From Ignavibacteriota bacterium (GTDB taxonomy: Bacteria; Bacteroidota; Ignavibacteria; UBA10030; BY39): DNA of 64,000 nt. Location: the NCBI GenBank assembly GCA_003327435.1, contig QOQV01000004.1, forward strand, positions 1,037-65,036, written 5' to 3'. The position numbers and the translations under genes are program-made. This document shows, piece by piece, positions 37,993-47,132 of the stretch (its first letter is position 1; every line of letters begins with the position of its first letter). The notes under the pieces were generated by a model that ran no database searches, had not been told where the DNA came from, and saw nothing but the letters and a program-made list of their open reading frames with translations.

Positions 37993-39462
37993 TCAAGGAT
38001 TTCCGACCGTTCCATAAAGGAAAGCTGTAACATTTCCATTGGATCCTGTAACAGATATCTTTACCATAACTGGCATTCTATCTGGCGTTCCGCCCGGTGT
38101 TGCATCCATAACGGTCATTACAAAATCTGTTTTGCCGGGACCTCTAAACAAATAGTCAGCAAGTGGTTCATCAGGTAAACCGCCGACCTTTGCTGCCCAG
38201 TTTGTACCTTCAGGCGGTGAAAATTCGATTGTTGTTGCAATTCTTGTACCTGGGGCTAATGGATTTCCATTTTGGTCTGAGATATTTACTGCAAAACTTT
38301 GTGAACCACCACGGGCAACATTGATAGATGTAGGAAATACAGAAATTGTTGAATAACCCGAGAATAATATCATTATACTGTCTTTTATCACAACACCGTT
38401 TTCACCGATTGTCTGAGCATAAACCCAGGCATATCCCGGACCATAACCAGGTGCATTATAATCTGGCAATGGATTACCACTATATAAGGTTGCAGTGGCT
38501 TGACCTTTAATATCAGTATATCGGGCAGCAGTGATAATACCACCAGTGGTGTTAAAATATACTGCTGTTCCCTGATGCACAGGATTGCTATATTTATCGC
38601 CAACCTGAACGAGTATATTATTTGTTCTGCCTACCCAATTATAACCGGCAAAGTTGTATTGCTGAGCACCAATTGAAAAATAATTTTTATCAGGCAGTCC
38701 GGCATTCACAACTACACGAGTTGGGGTTGATGTTACAGTTTTTCCATCACTTTCTCTATGTAAAGATGCAACGATTTGTAAAACACCTGCTATAGTTCCG
38801 CTGTTTACTGTTGTTGCAACTCTACCAGATGCATTGGTTATTGCCCACGCAGGCGATACATAAGCACCACCTAAGACAGGCGGCCCTTCGAGAGCAAAAT
38901 CAACAGTATCTCGCTGAGCTAGGCTAATAGGAAATCCGAGAGAATCTCTTACCTCATAAACAATTATTGCAGTTTCGGTTCCACCAACACCGTAAACTTT
39001 TAAATCAATTGTTTGTGGACCAATAAATGCAATTGTTTGTGGCATTCCAGATCCAGGTGGTGTTCCTCCACCACCTCCACCTATTGTTGTTGTAGTATCT
39101 AATTCAAGTATAAATGTTGGAACTGGATAAGTATTTCCAGCCCTCACACTAAAACTTAAAGGTGATACATCTTTATAACCTTCTTTTCTTACCGTCAATG
39201 TCACATTTAATTCACGAGTTGTATCAAGTGTAAACTCAAAATAAAAGTCACCTTCCGCATCTGTAGAATCAATCATATTTATACTTGATGAGGAAAGCCT
39301 TACTTGAGCAGCCTGGATTGGAATATCCATATTTTGTTTTTTTTCAGCAACCTTACCTAAAATTTTTACAAGCAGGTTTTCCGGTGGCTGAACAGATTCC
39401 TCTTTACACCCAAAAAGAACAGTAAGAAGAATCACAATTAAATATGTAAAATACTTTTTCAT
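37993..39462 (-). CDS. lipoprotein with tandem Ig-like (Big-1/invasin-like) domains
   Basis: Lipobox LFG-C; repeated V.D..GNP...GT.V.F, TNASG.V and TD.KGQAT motifs; Gly/Thr linker. Confidence 0.7.
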   Translation of the reverse strand: MKKYFTYLIVILLTVLFGCKEESVQPPENLLVKILGKVAEKKQNMDIPIQAAQVRLSSSSINMIDSTDAEGDFYFEFTLDTTRELNVTLTVRKEGYKDVSPLSFSVRAGNTYPVPTFILELDTTTTIGGGGGGTPPGSGMPQTIAFIGPQTIDLKVYGVGGTETAIIVYEVRDSLGFPISLAQRDTVDFALEGPPVLGGAYVSPAWAITNASGRVATTVNSGTIAGVLQIVASLHRESDGKTVTSTPTRVVVNAGLPDKNYFSIGAQQYNFAGYNWVGRTNNILVQVGDKYSNPVHQGTAVYFNTTGGIITAARYTDIKGQATATLYSGNPLPDYNAPGYGPGYAWVYAQTIGENGVVIKDSIMILFSGYSTISVFPTSINVARGGSQSFAVNISDQNGNPLAPGTRIATTIEFSPPEGTNWAAKVGGLPDEPLADYLFRGPGKTDFVMTVMDATPGGTPDRMPVMVKISVTGSNGNVTAFLYGTVGNP

Positions 39463-39492
39463 ATTTTTTCCCTAATGTTATTATAAATTCTT

Positions 39493-40749
39493 TTATTTGG
39501 TCCTATATCTCTCAAGATCTCTTTCAAACTTTTCTCTCTGCTTTTCTATAGGATTTTCTCTAATCTTCCTTGTGATTCTTTCCGGTAAGCTTGGTACCAA
39601 TTCAACTTTAAGTAAAATTGTCAATTCTTTTTTAGTAGTCATAACTTTATCATATCCAAATATATATCTTAATCCAAACACCCACCATGGTAAATCTTTT
39701 AATATTGGAACACCAGAACGCACTTTACTATCAAAGTTAGAATACAGACCACCAATTACTGCTTCTTCACCATCAAGCATAAGCAGTACTGTTTTAGCTT
39801 TGGTTCTACTGATTGTTGGAGCTTCACCAAGAGCTGTAATGACGCTACGTTCAACATCAAGATCAAGGTATACAAATTCGTTATCACCTTCTCTAATAAC
39901 ATAAGGTGTTACTTCAATAATGGTACCTGTTGGAATTTGCTCTATAACAGTGTTTCCTGCGAAATCTTTTTTCTTAACAGAAATATCTTCACCAACCTGT
40001 ATTCTACCTTTTTCACTTGAACGAACTACTATTTGTGGATTTGAGATAACTTCACCTATGTTACTTTCGGAAAATAATCTTACTATAGCATCTAAGTTAC
40101 CAAATGACAGGTCCAATCCTTTTAATGTTGCATTGAAAACAGTTGTATCTGTAACTTTCCTGATGGTTTGTTGGTCAATCATGAGTGATTGGAATTTATC
40201 ATCAGGTTTTGATCTGAAGATTGACCAATTTACTCCTGATTCGTGAAGTTTGTTTAGGTCTACATTAAAGAAAACAGCAGAAATTTTAATTTCTCGACTG
40301 CTTATTGTTACGGGTTCTTTTTCAAATCTTACCCCAACAGGACCTTTTTCAGTAACCTGTTCACCCTTGGCACCTGTTACTTCAATATAATCCTGATATT
40401 CTGTATACCAGAGGTTATTAACTTTTAAAATCAGTTCAAATGCATCCTGCCAGTGCATTCCTCTAATGTCAATACCGATAGGATTAGTACGCTTTGCAGG
40501 GTCAATAATCACCTTACCTAAAAATTTTCTACTAACATCACTCAGTACAATTAAAGCTTTATCGAAAGGTGTTGTCTGTGCAATCGATACTATTTCATCT
40601 TTCGATACATACTCTCTTAAAATTTTTCGTTCTGTTTCCTGAGAGTATGCAGAATTATTGAAAACAATTAGTATACTTGATGTTAGTAATGCAATTAATA
40701 AAATTTTTTTAGTTTTTTCCATTTTTTCCTCACTTCTGTTTTTGTCCAT
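39493..40749 (-). CDS. secretin (PilQ/GspD family), short form
   Basis: W..AFELIL N-domain, ISNPQIVV...G.IQVG, TG.IIEVTP, VIGGL, GVPILKDLP..GLRYIFG. Confidence 0.88.
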   Translation of the reverse strand: MDKNRSEEKMEKTKKILLIALLTSSILIVFNNSAYSQETERKILREYVSKDEIVSIAQTTPFDKALIVLSDVSRKFLGKVIIDPAKRTNPIGIDIRGMHWQDAFELILKVNNLWYTEYQDYIEVTGAKGEQVTEKGPVGVRFEKEPVTISSREIKISAVFFNVDLNKLHESGVNWSIFRSKPDDKFQSLMIDQQTIRKVTDTTVFNATLKGLDLSFGNLDAIVRLFSESNIGEVISNPQIVVRSSEKGRIQVGEDISVKKKDFAGNTVIEQIPTGTIIEVTPYVIREGDNEFVYLDLDVERSVITALGEAPTISRTKAKTVLLMLDGEEAVIGGLYSNFDSKVRSGVPILKDLPWWVFGLRYIFGYDKVMTTKKELTILLKVELVPSLPERITRKIRENPIEKQREKFERDLERYRTK

Positions 40750-41614
40750 AACGAATATTCAATTCAAATTTTTCTATTATACCACCTTTATTAAGTGTGC
40801 ATTCTATTCGACCGTTGATGTGATCAACTTTTGTAACATATCCGAGATACACTTCATCACCTTCACTGAGAGCTCTCATTTTATTGTTTTGATCAATCAC
40901 AAATGCTCTGCCAGGTACAATAGCTTTTAGATCCGATCTTTCGATTTCGACTAGATCTTCTGTATTGGGAGGCAAATCTCTGAAAATAATAGGAGCGAAA
41001 GGATCAATAGTCAAAGAAGTCGGTACAACTTTTCTTTCTCCAGCAGAGGAATATAACTCAGGTATGTTCGAGAAATAGGCATTTAATATTATCTCATATG
41101 TCACCAGAAGTAGAGTTTTTCCAGTAGCTTTATCTCTTGTTTCTATTCCTCTCAAGCTTAAAGCAGTAATTTTATAAAGCAATCTACTATTTTCAAGATA
41201 CCATATAAAGCGGAATAAATTTTCAAAAGTTGCTTCCCCTTTTAAATTGTAGGTATTAAATCCATAATTGTTAAAGTTTTTTGTACCAACAAATAACATA
41301 TCAAGTTTCAGTTCACCGCTTTGTCCTATTAATTGATTGATATAGTTATAAGTTTCGCCTGTAATATTAACAGGTGGAATGTCCTTGTTTCTTAACTCCC
41401 AGCGTTCTTTTGTTTTTGCAAGCTGCTGGCTTAATAAATTATATTGATTTACCAGGTCAGGAGTGTTCTGCAATTCGGTTTCATATTTATTAATTTCCTT
41501 TTCAACCTTCTCAATTTTTTTGGGGAGGTGAGCACCACTCATATAAAAACCAACTGCTAAAATAATTATTAGTAGAACACCCAGGACTATTGTATTTCTC
41601 AAAATATAAGGCAT
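40730..41614 (-). CDS. PilO-like protein fused to a C-terminal PilP/GspC-like beta domain
   Basis: N-terminal TM, coiled coil, G.F.NL.RFIW.LEN ferredoxin-like core, then DPF motif and LKAI...AFVID......LSEGD.V.LG.VTKV. Confidence 0.65.
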   Translation of the reverse strand: MPYILRNTIVLGVLLIIILAVGFYMSGAHLPKKIEKVEKEINKYETELQNTPDLVNQYNLLSQQLAKTKERWELRNKDIPPVNITGETYNYINQLIGQSGELKLDMLFVGTKNFNNYGFNTYNLKGEATFENLFRFIWYLENSRLLYKITALSLRGIETRDKATGKTLLLVTYEIILNAYFSNIPELYSSAGERKVVPTSLTIDPFAPIIFRDLPPNTEDLVEIERSDLKAIVPGRAFVIDQNNKMRALSEGDEVYLGYVTKVDHINGRIECTLNKGGIIEKFELNIRYGQKQK

Positions 41615-41628
41615 GGTGACCTCTTAGA

Positions 41629-43245
41629 TTATTGTGGTTGTTCTTGTTGAGTTTGTTCTTCGGCTCCAGGAGGAGGTGTTTCGAAGAATATTTCAGAATA
41701 TGGTACATCCTTTTCCTTAGGAATCTTTAGTTCAAAATTGTACACTGTTTTTTCTCGAATTTCTCTTTGAAGAACTTTTCTTAATACAGTATTTTCATAA
41801 AGGTTAGCTATCTTTGGAACACGCGAACGATATATTGAAAAACCTTCCAAAATAACCTCGCCCTCACGCGACATCTTTAAATCAGTTAACCATAACGAGT
41901 TGATATTTTCTACACCATTTGCAATCTTTTCCAGCATACGAGACCACCTATCATAACCTGGTACGAGTGAATCATAAACGGAGAGAGCGACTTTATATCT
42001 TCCAATTTGATTGTTTATATCATCTATTTTCTGCTGAATTCTTCTATTTTCTTCTACCTGCTCCTTCTTTCTTTCCAGCACTTCCTTTTTTCCTATTAGT
42101 TGTGCATTCAAATTAGAAATCCGATATGTGAAGTAGAAAGTACTTAAAAATATCAATGCTAAAAGCAAATAACCATGCCAGCCAAGCTTGAATGCCCTCT
42201 GTCCTTCACGAATAAAATCAGGAAGTAAATTTAGAGGATAAAATGCAGGATTTGTTTCGTCAAGCATTTTCCATGCTGTAGCTATTGCTACGGCATATTC
42301 CGGAATTTGTTCCTGAGTTGCAGCAGGTAAATCACTTGTATCTAAATATGGCGTGCGGAGATATTGAATATCTACTTCAGGAAGCTGATTCCTCAGGAAT
42401 TCATCAAAAGCAATTCTTGTGCTTTCACCAGCAAGCAGTATTCTATCAATTCTGGGTATTCCTAAATTGTCCTGTTCAAGTAAAAGTCGGCTGTATACCG
42501 TATTCTGTATATTGAACGAATCATATCCTTCGCCAAGTACAGGTGCAAAATGATAAAACTCTGCACCCTTCATAAATATCAATCTTGTAAACTCTACTCC
42601 GATGTATATTATTACTGTAATTTCATCTGGAGCAAATCCATAATTCCCTCTCGCAAGATTCATCAGAGCAATATCTGAAGTTTCGATAAGAGGTATTTTG
42701 GGAATGCGGTTATGAAGGAAAGATTTAATCTCTTCAATTGTTCGATACAAGCTAATACCATCTTCTCTAACAGCACAGACCAGATTTCTATCAACGGAGT
42801 AAATAACATCAACTGCATCTGGATTTGGTTGAACAGACCTGACTTTTTTTAATTCTTCGATAATTCTTTCTTTAAGCTTCATTCCTTTCAAACCAAAATC
42901 ACTTTCCACAACATGATAATAGACACTTGGTTCAGAAATTGCGTACCCGAGGTAATAGGTAGATGGTTTGTAATTGGCAAGCAAACTCAACAGAATCGCA
43001 TTATTGTCTTCGCCCTCTTCTGTTCGTTCACCTGAAGGTGGAAGTGTAAAAGTGTCAGTTGATGTATCAAAACCTTCACTTAAATCTTTCAATTGTCTTT
43101 CTTCGAGTTTAGTTACGAGGGTAGCCGACTTAAGTTCATCGATTTTAATAGTTTTCCCTTTACGGGATAATTTAGCAAATTTAATTTCCAGCCCATCAAC
43201 AAATAGGCCTATAGCACTTTTTTTACTACCGCCGATGGTCGCCAT
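41629..43245 (-). CDS. PilM-PilN fusion (GspL-like architecture)
   Basis: Actin-like N-terminus (IGLFVDG..IK, IYIG.E.T.L, ILLAGE), then the PilN signature LNLLP, a TM helix, a coiled coil and LWLTDL......LEG. Confidence 0.75.
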   Translation of the reverse strand: MATIGGSKKSAIGLFVDGLEIKFAKLSRKGKTIKIDELKSATLVTKLEERQLKDLSEGFDTSTDTFTLPPSGERTEEGEDNNAILLSLLANYKPSTYYLGYAISEPSVYYHVVESDFGLKGMKLKERIIEELKKVRSVQPNPDAVDVIYSVDRNLVCAVREDGISLYRTIEEIKSFLHNRIPKIPLIETSDIALMNLARGNYGFAPDEITVIIYIGVEFTRLIFMKGAEFYHFAPVLGEGYDSFNIQNTVYSRLLLEQDNLGIPRIDRILLAGESTRIAFDEFLRNQLPEVDIQYLRTPYLDTSDLPAATQEQIPEYAVAIATAWKMLDETNPAFYPLNLLPDFIREGQRAFKLGWHGYLLLALIFLSTFYFTYRISNLNAQLIGKKEVLERKKEQVEENRRIQQKIDDINNQIGRYKVALSVYDSLVPGYDRWSRMLEKIANGVENINSLWLTDLKMSREGEVILEGFSIYRSRVPKIANLYENTVLRKVLQREIREKTVYNFELKIPKEKDVPYSEIFFETPPPGAEEQTQQEQPQ

Positions 43246-43290
43246 AATTCGATTGACCCTTTCCTAATATTTGCAATATTATAAGCATAT

Positions 43291-44520
43291 TTATATTTCA
43301 ACTGTTGATAAATTCATTATTTGTTGCAATCTTCGTTTGTTATTTGCAAAGTTGATTGCAGTTTCAAGTGAAATTCTTTTTGCCATATAAAGTCGTTTCA
43401 AATCCTGTTCCATCGTTATCATTCCTAATTCACCAGATTCTTGCATCATCTGATAAATCTCACTTGTGTTATTATTCTTAATTGCAGCTTTAACTGACGG
43501 CGTTGCAACCATAATCTCTTTAGCCAAGACTCGTTTTCCATCCAAGCTTGGAACAAGTTTTTGAGAAATTACACATTTTAAAACATCGGCAAGACGATTC
43601 CTGACTCTTTCCTGTTCTATTGGTGGAACTTCACCAATAATCCTATCAATGCTTTCCACAGCCGAAGATGTATGCAATGTTGAGAATACTTTGTGTCCAC
43701 TATCTGTAACTTCAAGAGCAGTCATTATTGTATCTGGATCACGCATCTCTCCAATTACTATGATATCAGGATCCTGACGCAATGCCTGAATCGTTCCTTC
43801 CTTGAATGAAAGTACATCCCTACCAACTTCTCTATGTCTGATTATACATTTATCCGACTTGTGAACATATTCTATTGGTGAAGCAATAATAACTACATGC
43901 CCATCTACAGTATGATTATTAGCATCTATAATTGTATCAAGTGTAGAGCTTTTACCTGAACCTGTTATACCAGTAACTAAAATCATTCCTTCTTTAGTGT
44001 GTGAAAGGTTCAAAATCTTTGATACATTTGGATGTAATTCCAGGGCTTTATATGGGCGAACTGAAAGATTGATAGCTCGCATATTTAACGCCAGTTGATC
44101 AAGGTCAAAGTATGCATCGGCACGGAAACGATACATATCTTCACCTTTAATAATGCTGTAAGAAAAATCTAAATTACGATTTTCGTATAGGAATTGTCGC
44201 TGGCGTTCAAGTAAAATGGAAAGTATGAGTACATTTATTTCATCAAAAGTAAATGTACCAAGTCCAGGTTCTGGTCTTTTTACACCCCACACCCGATACC
44301 AGATCCTGCCTTGAGAACCAAAGCCACCGAGATCAATATCCGAAGCATTGATCTCAAACATTCTAAGCAAAAAGCTATCGAGTAACCGTTTAATGATTAC
44401 TCGTTCTTCCTGGCTTTGCCGATTCAGCAAATCGCCGATAAGCATCATTCGTTCTACACCATAAGCAGTTTCCGGAATGCTTTCAGCAATCTGCTTCAAT
44501 ATTATTTTCGCTTCTTCCAA
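43291..44520 (-). CDS. pilT: type IV pilus retraction-type ATPase
   Basis: ASDI, GITGSGKSST (Walker A), PIEYVH, HREVG, ALRQDPDIIVIGEMRD, SGH.VFSTLHT, ISQ.LVP; no zinc knuckle. Confidence 0.85.
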   Translation of the reverse strand: MEEAKIILKQIAESIPETAYGVERMMLIGDLLNRQSQEERVIIKRLLDSFLLRMFEINASDIDLGGFGSQGRIWYRVWGVKRPEPGLGTFTFDEINVLILSILLERQRQFLYENRNLDFSYSIIKGEDMYRFRADAYFDLDQLALNMRAINLSVRPYKALELHPNVSKILNLSHTKEGMILVTGITGSGKSSTLDTIIDANNHTVDGHVVIIASPIEYVHKSDKCIIRHREVGRDVLSFKEGTIQALRQDPDIIVIGEMRDPDTIMTALEVTDSGHKVFSTLHTSSAVESIDRIIGEVPPIEQERVRNRLADVLKCVISQKLVPSLDGKRVLAKEIMVATPSVKAAIKNNNTSEIYQMMQESGELGMITMEQDLKRLYMAKRISLETAINFANNKRRLQQIMNLSTVEI

Positions 44521-44546
44521 TAAATCCCTACAATTAATTATGTGTA

Positions 44547-44575
44547 AATATATATAAAAATTCTGGATTTGTCAA
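44547..44575 (-). promoter_or_regulatory. sigma70-type promoter for pilT-pilMN-pilOP-secretin-lipoprotein
   Basis: TTGACA-17 nt-TATATT on the minus strand, 27 nt upstream of the pilT start. Confidence 0.55.
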
Positions 44576-44642
44576 TTTTTGTATGTTATAAATTACATTT
44601 TTTCGCAAAATCCTTTATTTGATTGAAACATTACATTTTACA

Positions 44643-45920
44643 TTAAAATTTTGGAATTCTCACATTTTCCCACCAGTTCACAATTGCGAGTGTTTTCCTG
44701 TAATATCCAGGGAAGTAAGGTGGGCGTGTATTAACATCTGCAAGTCGTGGATCGAAATAATATCTTTTAGAAAAACCAGTTTTTAAAGTATTTGTTCCAG
44801 TATTAAATGTGCCCACTGTGCCCCTTGTATCCTGAATTACACCACCAATGATTTTTAGATAACCGCTTATAGGGCGATTGTTGTAATTCTCAGCATAAAA
44901 AGACCCGCTTCTACAAAATATCGCTGCGTGTATTTCGCAATTATTCCTATTAGCTGTATTATCGGCTACAATCACACTATTGTTTGCTACAAGTCCTAAC
45001 AAATCATCACTCGTTGGAGTAATAAGTGGATCTCTTTCATATGTAACATCGTCTGCTATTATAATATTTGTGCCAGATGATATAGTAAGTTTACCATCAA
45101 CTTTTCCACCTAAAACAGTTACCTGTTGGGTACTGTATATAACACCATTAAAAGAGGGATCGTTGATGGAAATTGAATCTATAATTGGACCTGTTGCAGA
45201 GGTTCTTATATATGCTTTACCATCATTATTTGAGGAACTCCCAGAACTTAATGTAATCCAGATGTTCGTTGTATATCTCCTACCTCCCGAAGTAGAAGCT
45301 GCGATCAATTCACTCAAATCAGTAGGAAATGGTATCGGTGCAACACCTGTCTCATAACCTTTTTTATAGATAGCTTTACTTTGTCCGTTTCCAGGTTTGG
45401 GATCAATTTGTTTTGCTGTGGTTAATTTTTCCATAAATACCGGGCTACCACTTATATGAATATTCCCATTTGAATGAACCCTTCCCCATACGGTATCACC
45501 AGTAATCCAAAATACATTTCCCTCAAAGTTAGTCATCCAGGCAAACATTGAGAACGTTTGAAATCTCTGTTTACTGAAAAATACTTCAACGGTATCCTTA
45601 TAGTTTTTATAGGATGATACAGACCTTAATCTGAGAGTATTTATATTTATGCTATCCATTCTCACGATAAGGGAGCCACCTTTAAAAAGGCCGCTTGAAA
45701 AAGTTTGATTCGTGATCACGCCTCTTAAACTTGAATCCTGATAAACTCTGCTGATGCCGGCATTTGCACCAGCAACTGCTAAATTATGTGATAAGTTTAT
45801 ATCGTAATAATAAGCCATATTTCCAATTGCTCGGTTTTCGAGCGAGTTAAGCCGAATACCAATAAATCCAAAAATTATTCCGAAACCAATTAGGAGTATT
45901 ATAGCACCTTTTCCAAACAT
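44643..45920 (-). CDS. PilX/GspK-like large minor pilin with a C-terminal beta-rich domain
   Basis: MFGKG|AIILLIGFGII hydrophobic N-terminus, NLA.AGA.AG helix, GDT.WGRVHSNG, LGLVA.N, GF.K.Y.FDPRL...PP.FP. Confidence 0.65.
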   Translation of the reverse strand: MFGKGAIILLIGFGIIFGFIGIRLNSLENRAIGNMAYYYDINLSHNLAVAGANAGISRVYQDSSLRGVITNQTFSSGLFKGGSLIVRMDSININTLRLRSVSSYKNYKDTVEVFFSKQRFQTFSMFAWMTNFEGNVFWITGDTVWGRVHSNGNIHISGSPVFMEKLTTAKQIDPKPGNGQSKAIYKKGYETGVAPIPFPTDLSELIAASTSGGRRYTTNIWITLSSGSSSNNDGKAYIRTSATGPIIDSISINDPSFNGVIYSTQQVTVLGGKVDGKLTISSGTNIIIADDVTYERDPLITPTSDDLLGLVANNSVIVADNTANRNNCEIHAAIFCRSGSFYAENYNNRPISGYLKIIGGVIQDTRGTVGTFNTGTNTLKTGFSKRYYFDPRLADVNTRPPYFPGYYRKTLAIVNWWENVRIPKF

Positions 45921-45940
45921 AAGCGATTCTCCTTTTTTGT

Positions 45941-46558
45941 TTAACGATTAAAGTTTTGTGATGCTAATCTTGTTTGACGCCAGTAAGAACTTGAGTACAA
46001 CGCTTCTCTTTCACCCATTTTAATATCTCTTGGATCTCTATAAAGCGCATATGGGTTCTGAACTTCGAGTGTAATTTCAACAATTTTTATCATTTTTAAA
46101 TCTGTGCCAGTTACAGGCGCTATTAATGTATCCAATTGATTTTGACTGAAATACCTCAATAGAAACTGTGTTACTATACCGACGCTCTGCACCGAACCGT
46201 TGTTTACTTTCCGATGTAAAAATCTATCCATACTATTCTGTGTCTGGCTGAGAGCACTTGGATTTCCAGCCCAGTATCTAATAGTATCAGGTGTTCCATT
46301 CCTATCAATATCAGATAAGAATGTTATAGCTGTATCTAACGCTTGTAAAATCGTTGCTTGGTCTTCTGCTACACCAACTCCCATATTTCTAAATTCTCCT
46401 TCAACTATTTGAGCATTAGAAATTAAGAGTTCCTGTACAAGCACATCTCCATTTAGAACAGTTGAATGCTGGTAAATTAAGAAATTTGCATTGAAGACAC
46501 TCAGAAGTAAGACACTTCCGATAAACATTGCCATAATTATATCTAATAAACTTGCCAT
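45941..46558 (-). CDS. minor pilin-like protein (PilW-like), no leader peptide
   Basis: MASLLDIIMAMFIGSVLLL, ...E.EFRNMG, D.D.NG..DTI.Y; position in the pilus operon. Confidence 0.6.
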   Translation of the reverse strand: MASLLDIIMAMFIGSVLLLSVFNANFLIYQHSTVLNGDVLVQELLISNAQIVEGEFRNMGVGVAEDQATILQALDTAITFLSDIDRNGTPDTIRYWAGNPSALSQTQNSMDRFLHRKVNNGSVQSVGIVTQFLLRYFSQNQLDTLIAPVTGTDLKMIKIVEITLEVQNPYALYRDPRDIKMGEREALYSSSYWRQTRLASQNFNR

Positions 46559-46576
46559 ACATACCTCTTTTAATTG

Positions 46577-47113
46577 TTAATCAAAATGGAAATAACCCAT
46601 CACGATGGAAGATTTGAGCGTATCATCACTAGTTGGATCTTCTCGCCATATCTTAATATCACATCTTTTTACAAATGTTCGTGCATTCATTTTTTGTTCA
46701 ATATTCTGTGGATTCACATAGTAAACATAAAATTTTGTTCTATATCTTCCCACAACTCCAGGTATGTTATCATTTATAATTTCATAATTATTCAAGTCAT
46801 CGAAGTCATCGAACGATTGAAAGTCAGCTTCTGTAGCTTCACCAAGCGGAGGGGGATTTTCTGTACCCAAACTTGATGGGTGAGTAAGCAAACTAATTTC
46901 AGATGGAGTTAAAAAAGAATCTATTGTTGCCTCATCGTAATGTAATCCGTATGCAAGCTCGGTATATGTAGTGAGAAGCGTAAGAGCAGTTATTCCCTGC
47001 TGAGCGCTTTGAACAGTTTCACCACTTTGTCCCAATAACTGATAAAATGTAACCAGCAATGTAGATAGGAGCACAAAAGCTCCTAAAGTTATTAATGTTT
47101 GATATGTCGACAT
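46577..47113 (-). CDS. minor pilin-like protein (PilV-like), no leader peptide
   Basis: MSTYQTLITLGAFVLL hydrophobic N-terminus, YDE, FDDFDDLN motif, V.YV, KR..I.I. Confidence 0.6.
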   Translation of the reverse strand: MSTYQTLITLGAFVLLSTLLVTFYQLLGQSGETVQSAQQGITALTLLTTYTELAYGLHYDEATIDSFLTPSEISLLTHPSSLGTENPPPLGEATEADFQSFDDFDDLNNYEIINDNIPGVVGRYRTKFYVYYVNPQNIEQKMNARTFVKRCDIKIWREDPTSDDTLKSSIVMGYFHFD

Positions 47114-47132
47114 ATTTAAAACTCCTATTTAA

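Noticed and set aside
45941-47113. Read-through fusion of the two in-frame minor pilin genes
   Set aside because: The separator is TAA, and the downstream gene has its own GAGG SD and hydrophobic N-terminus.
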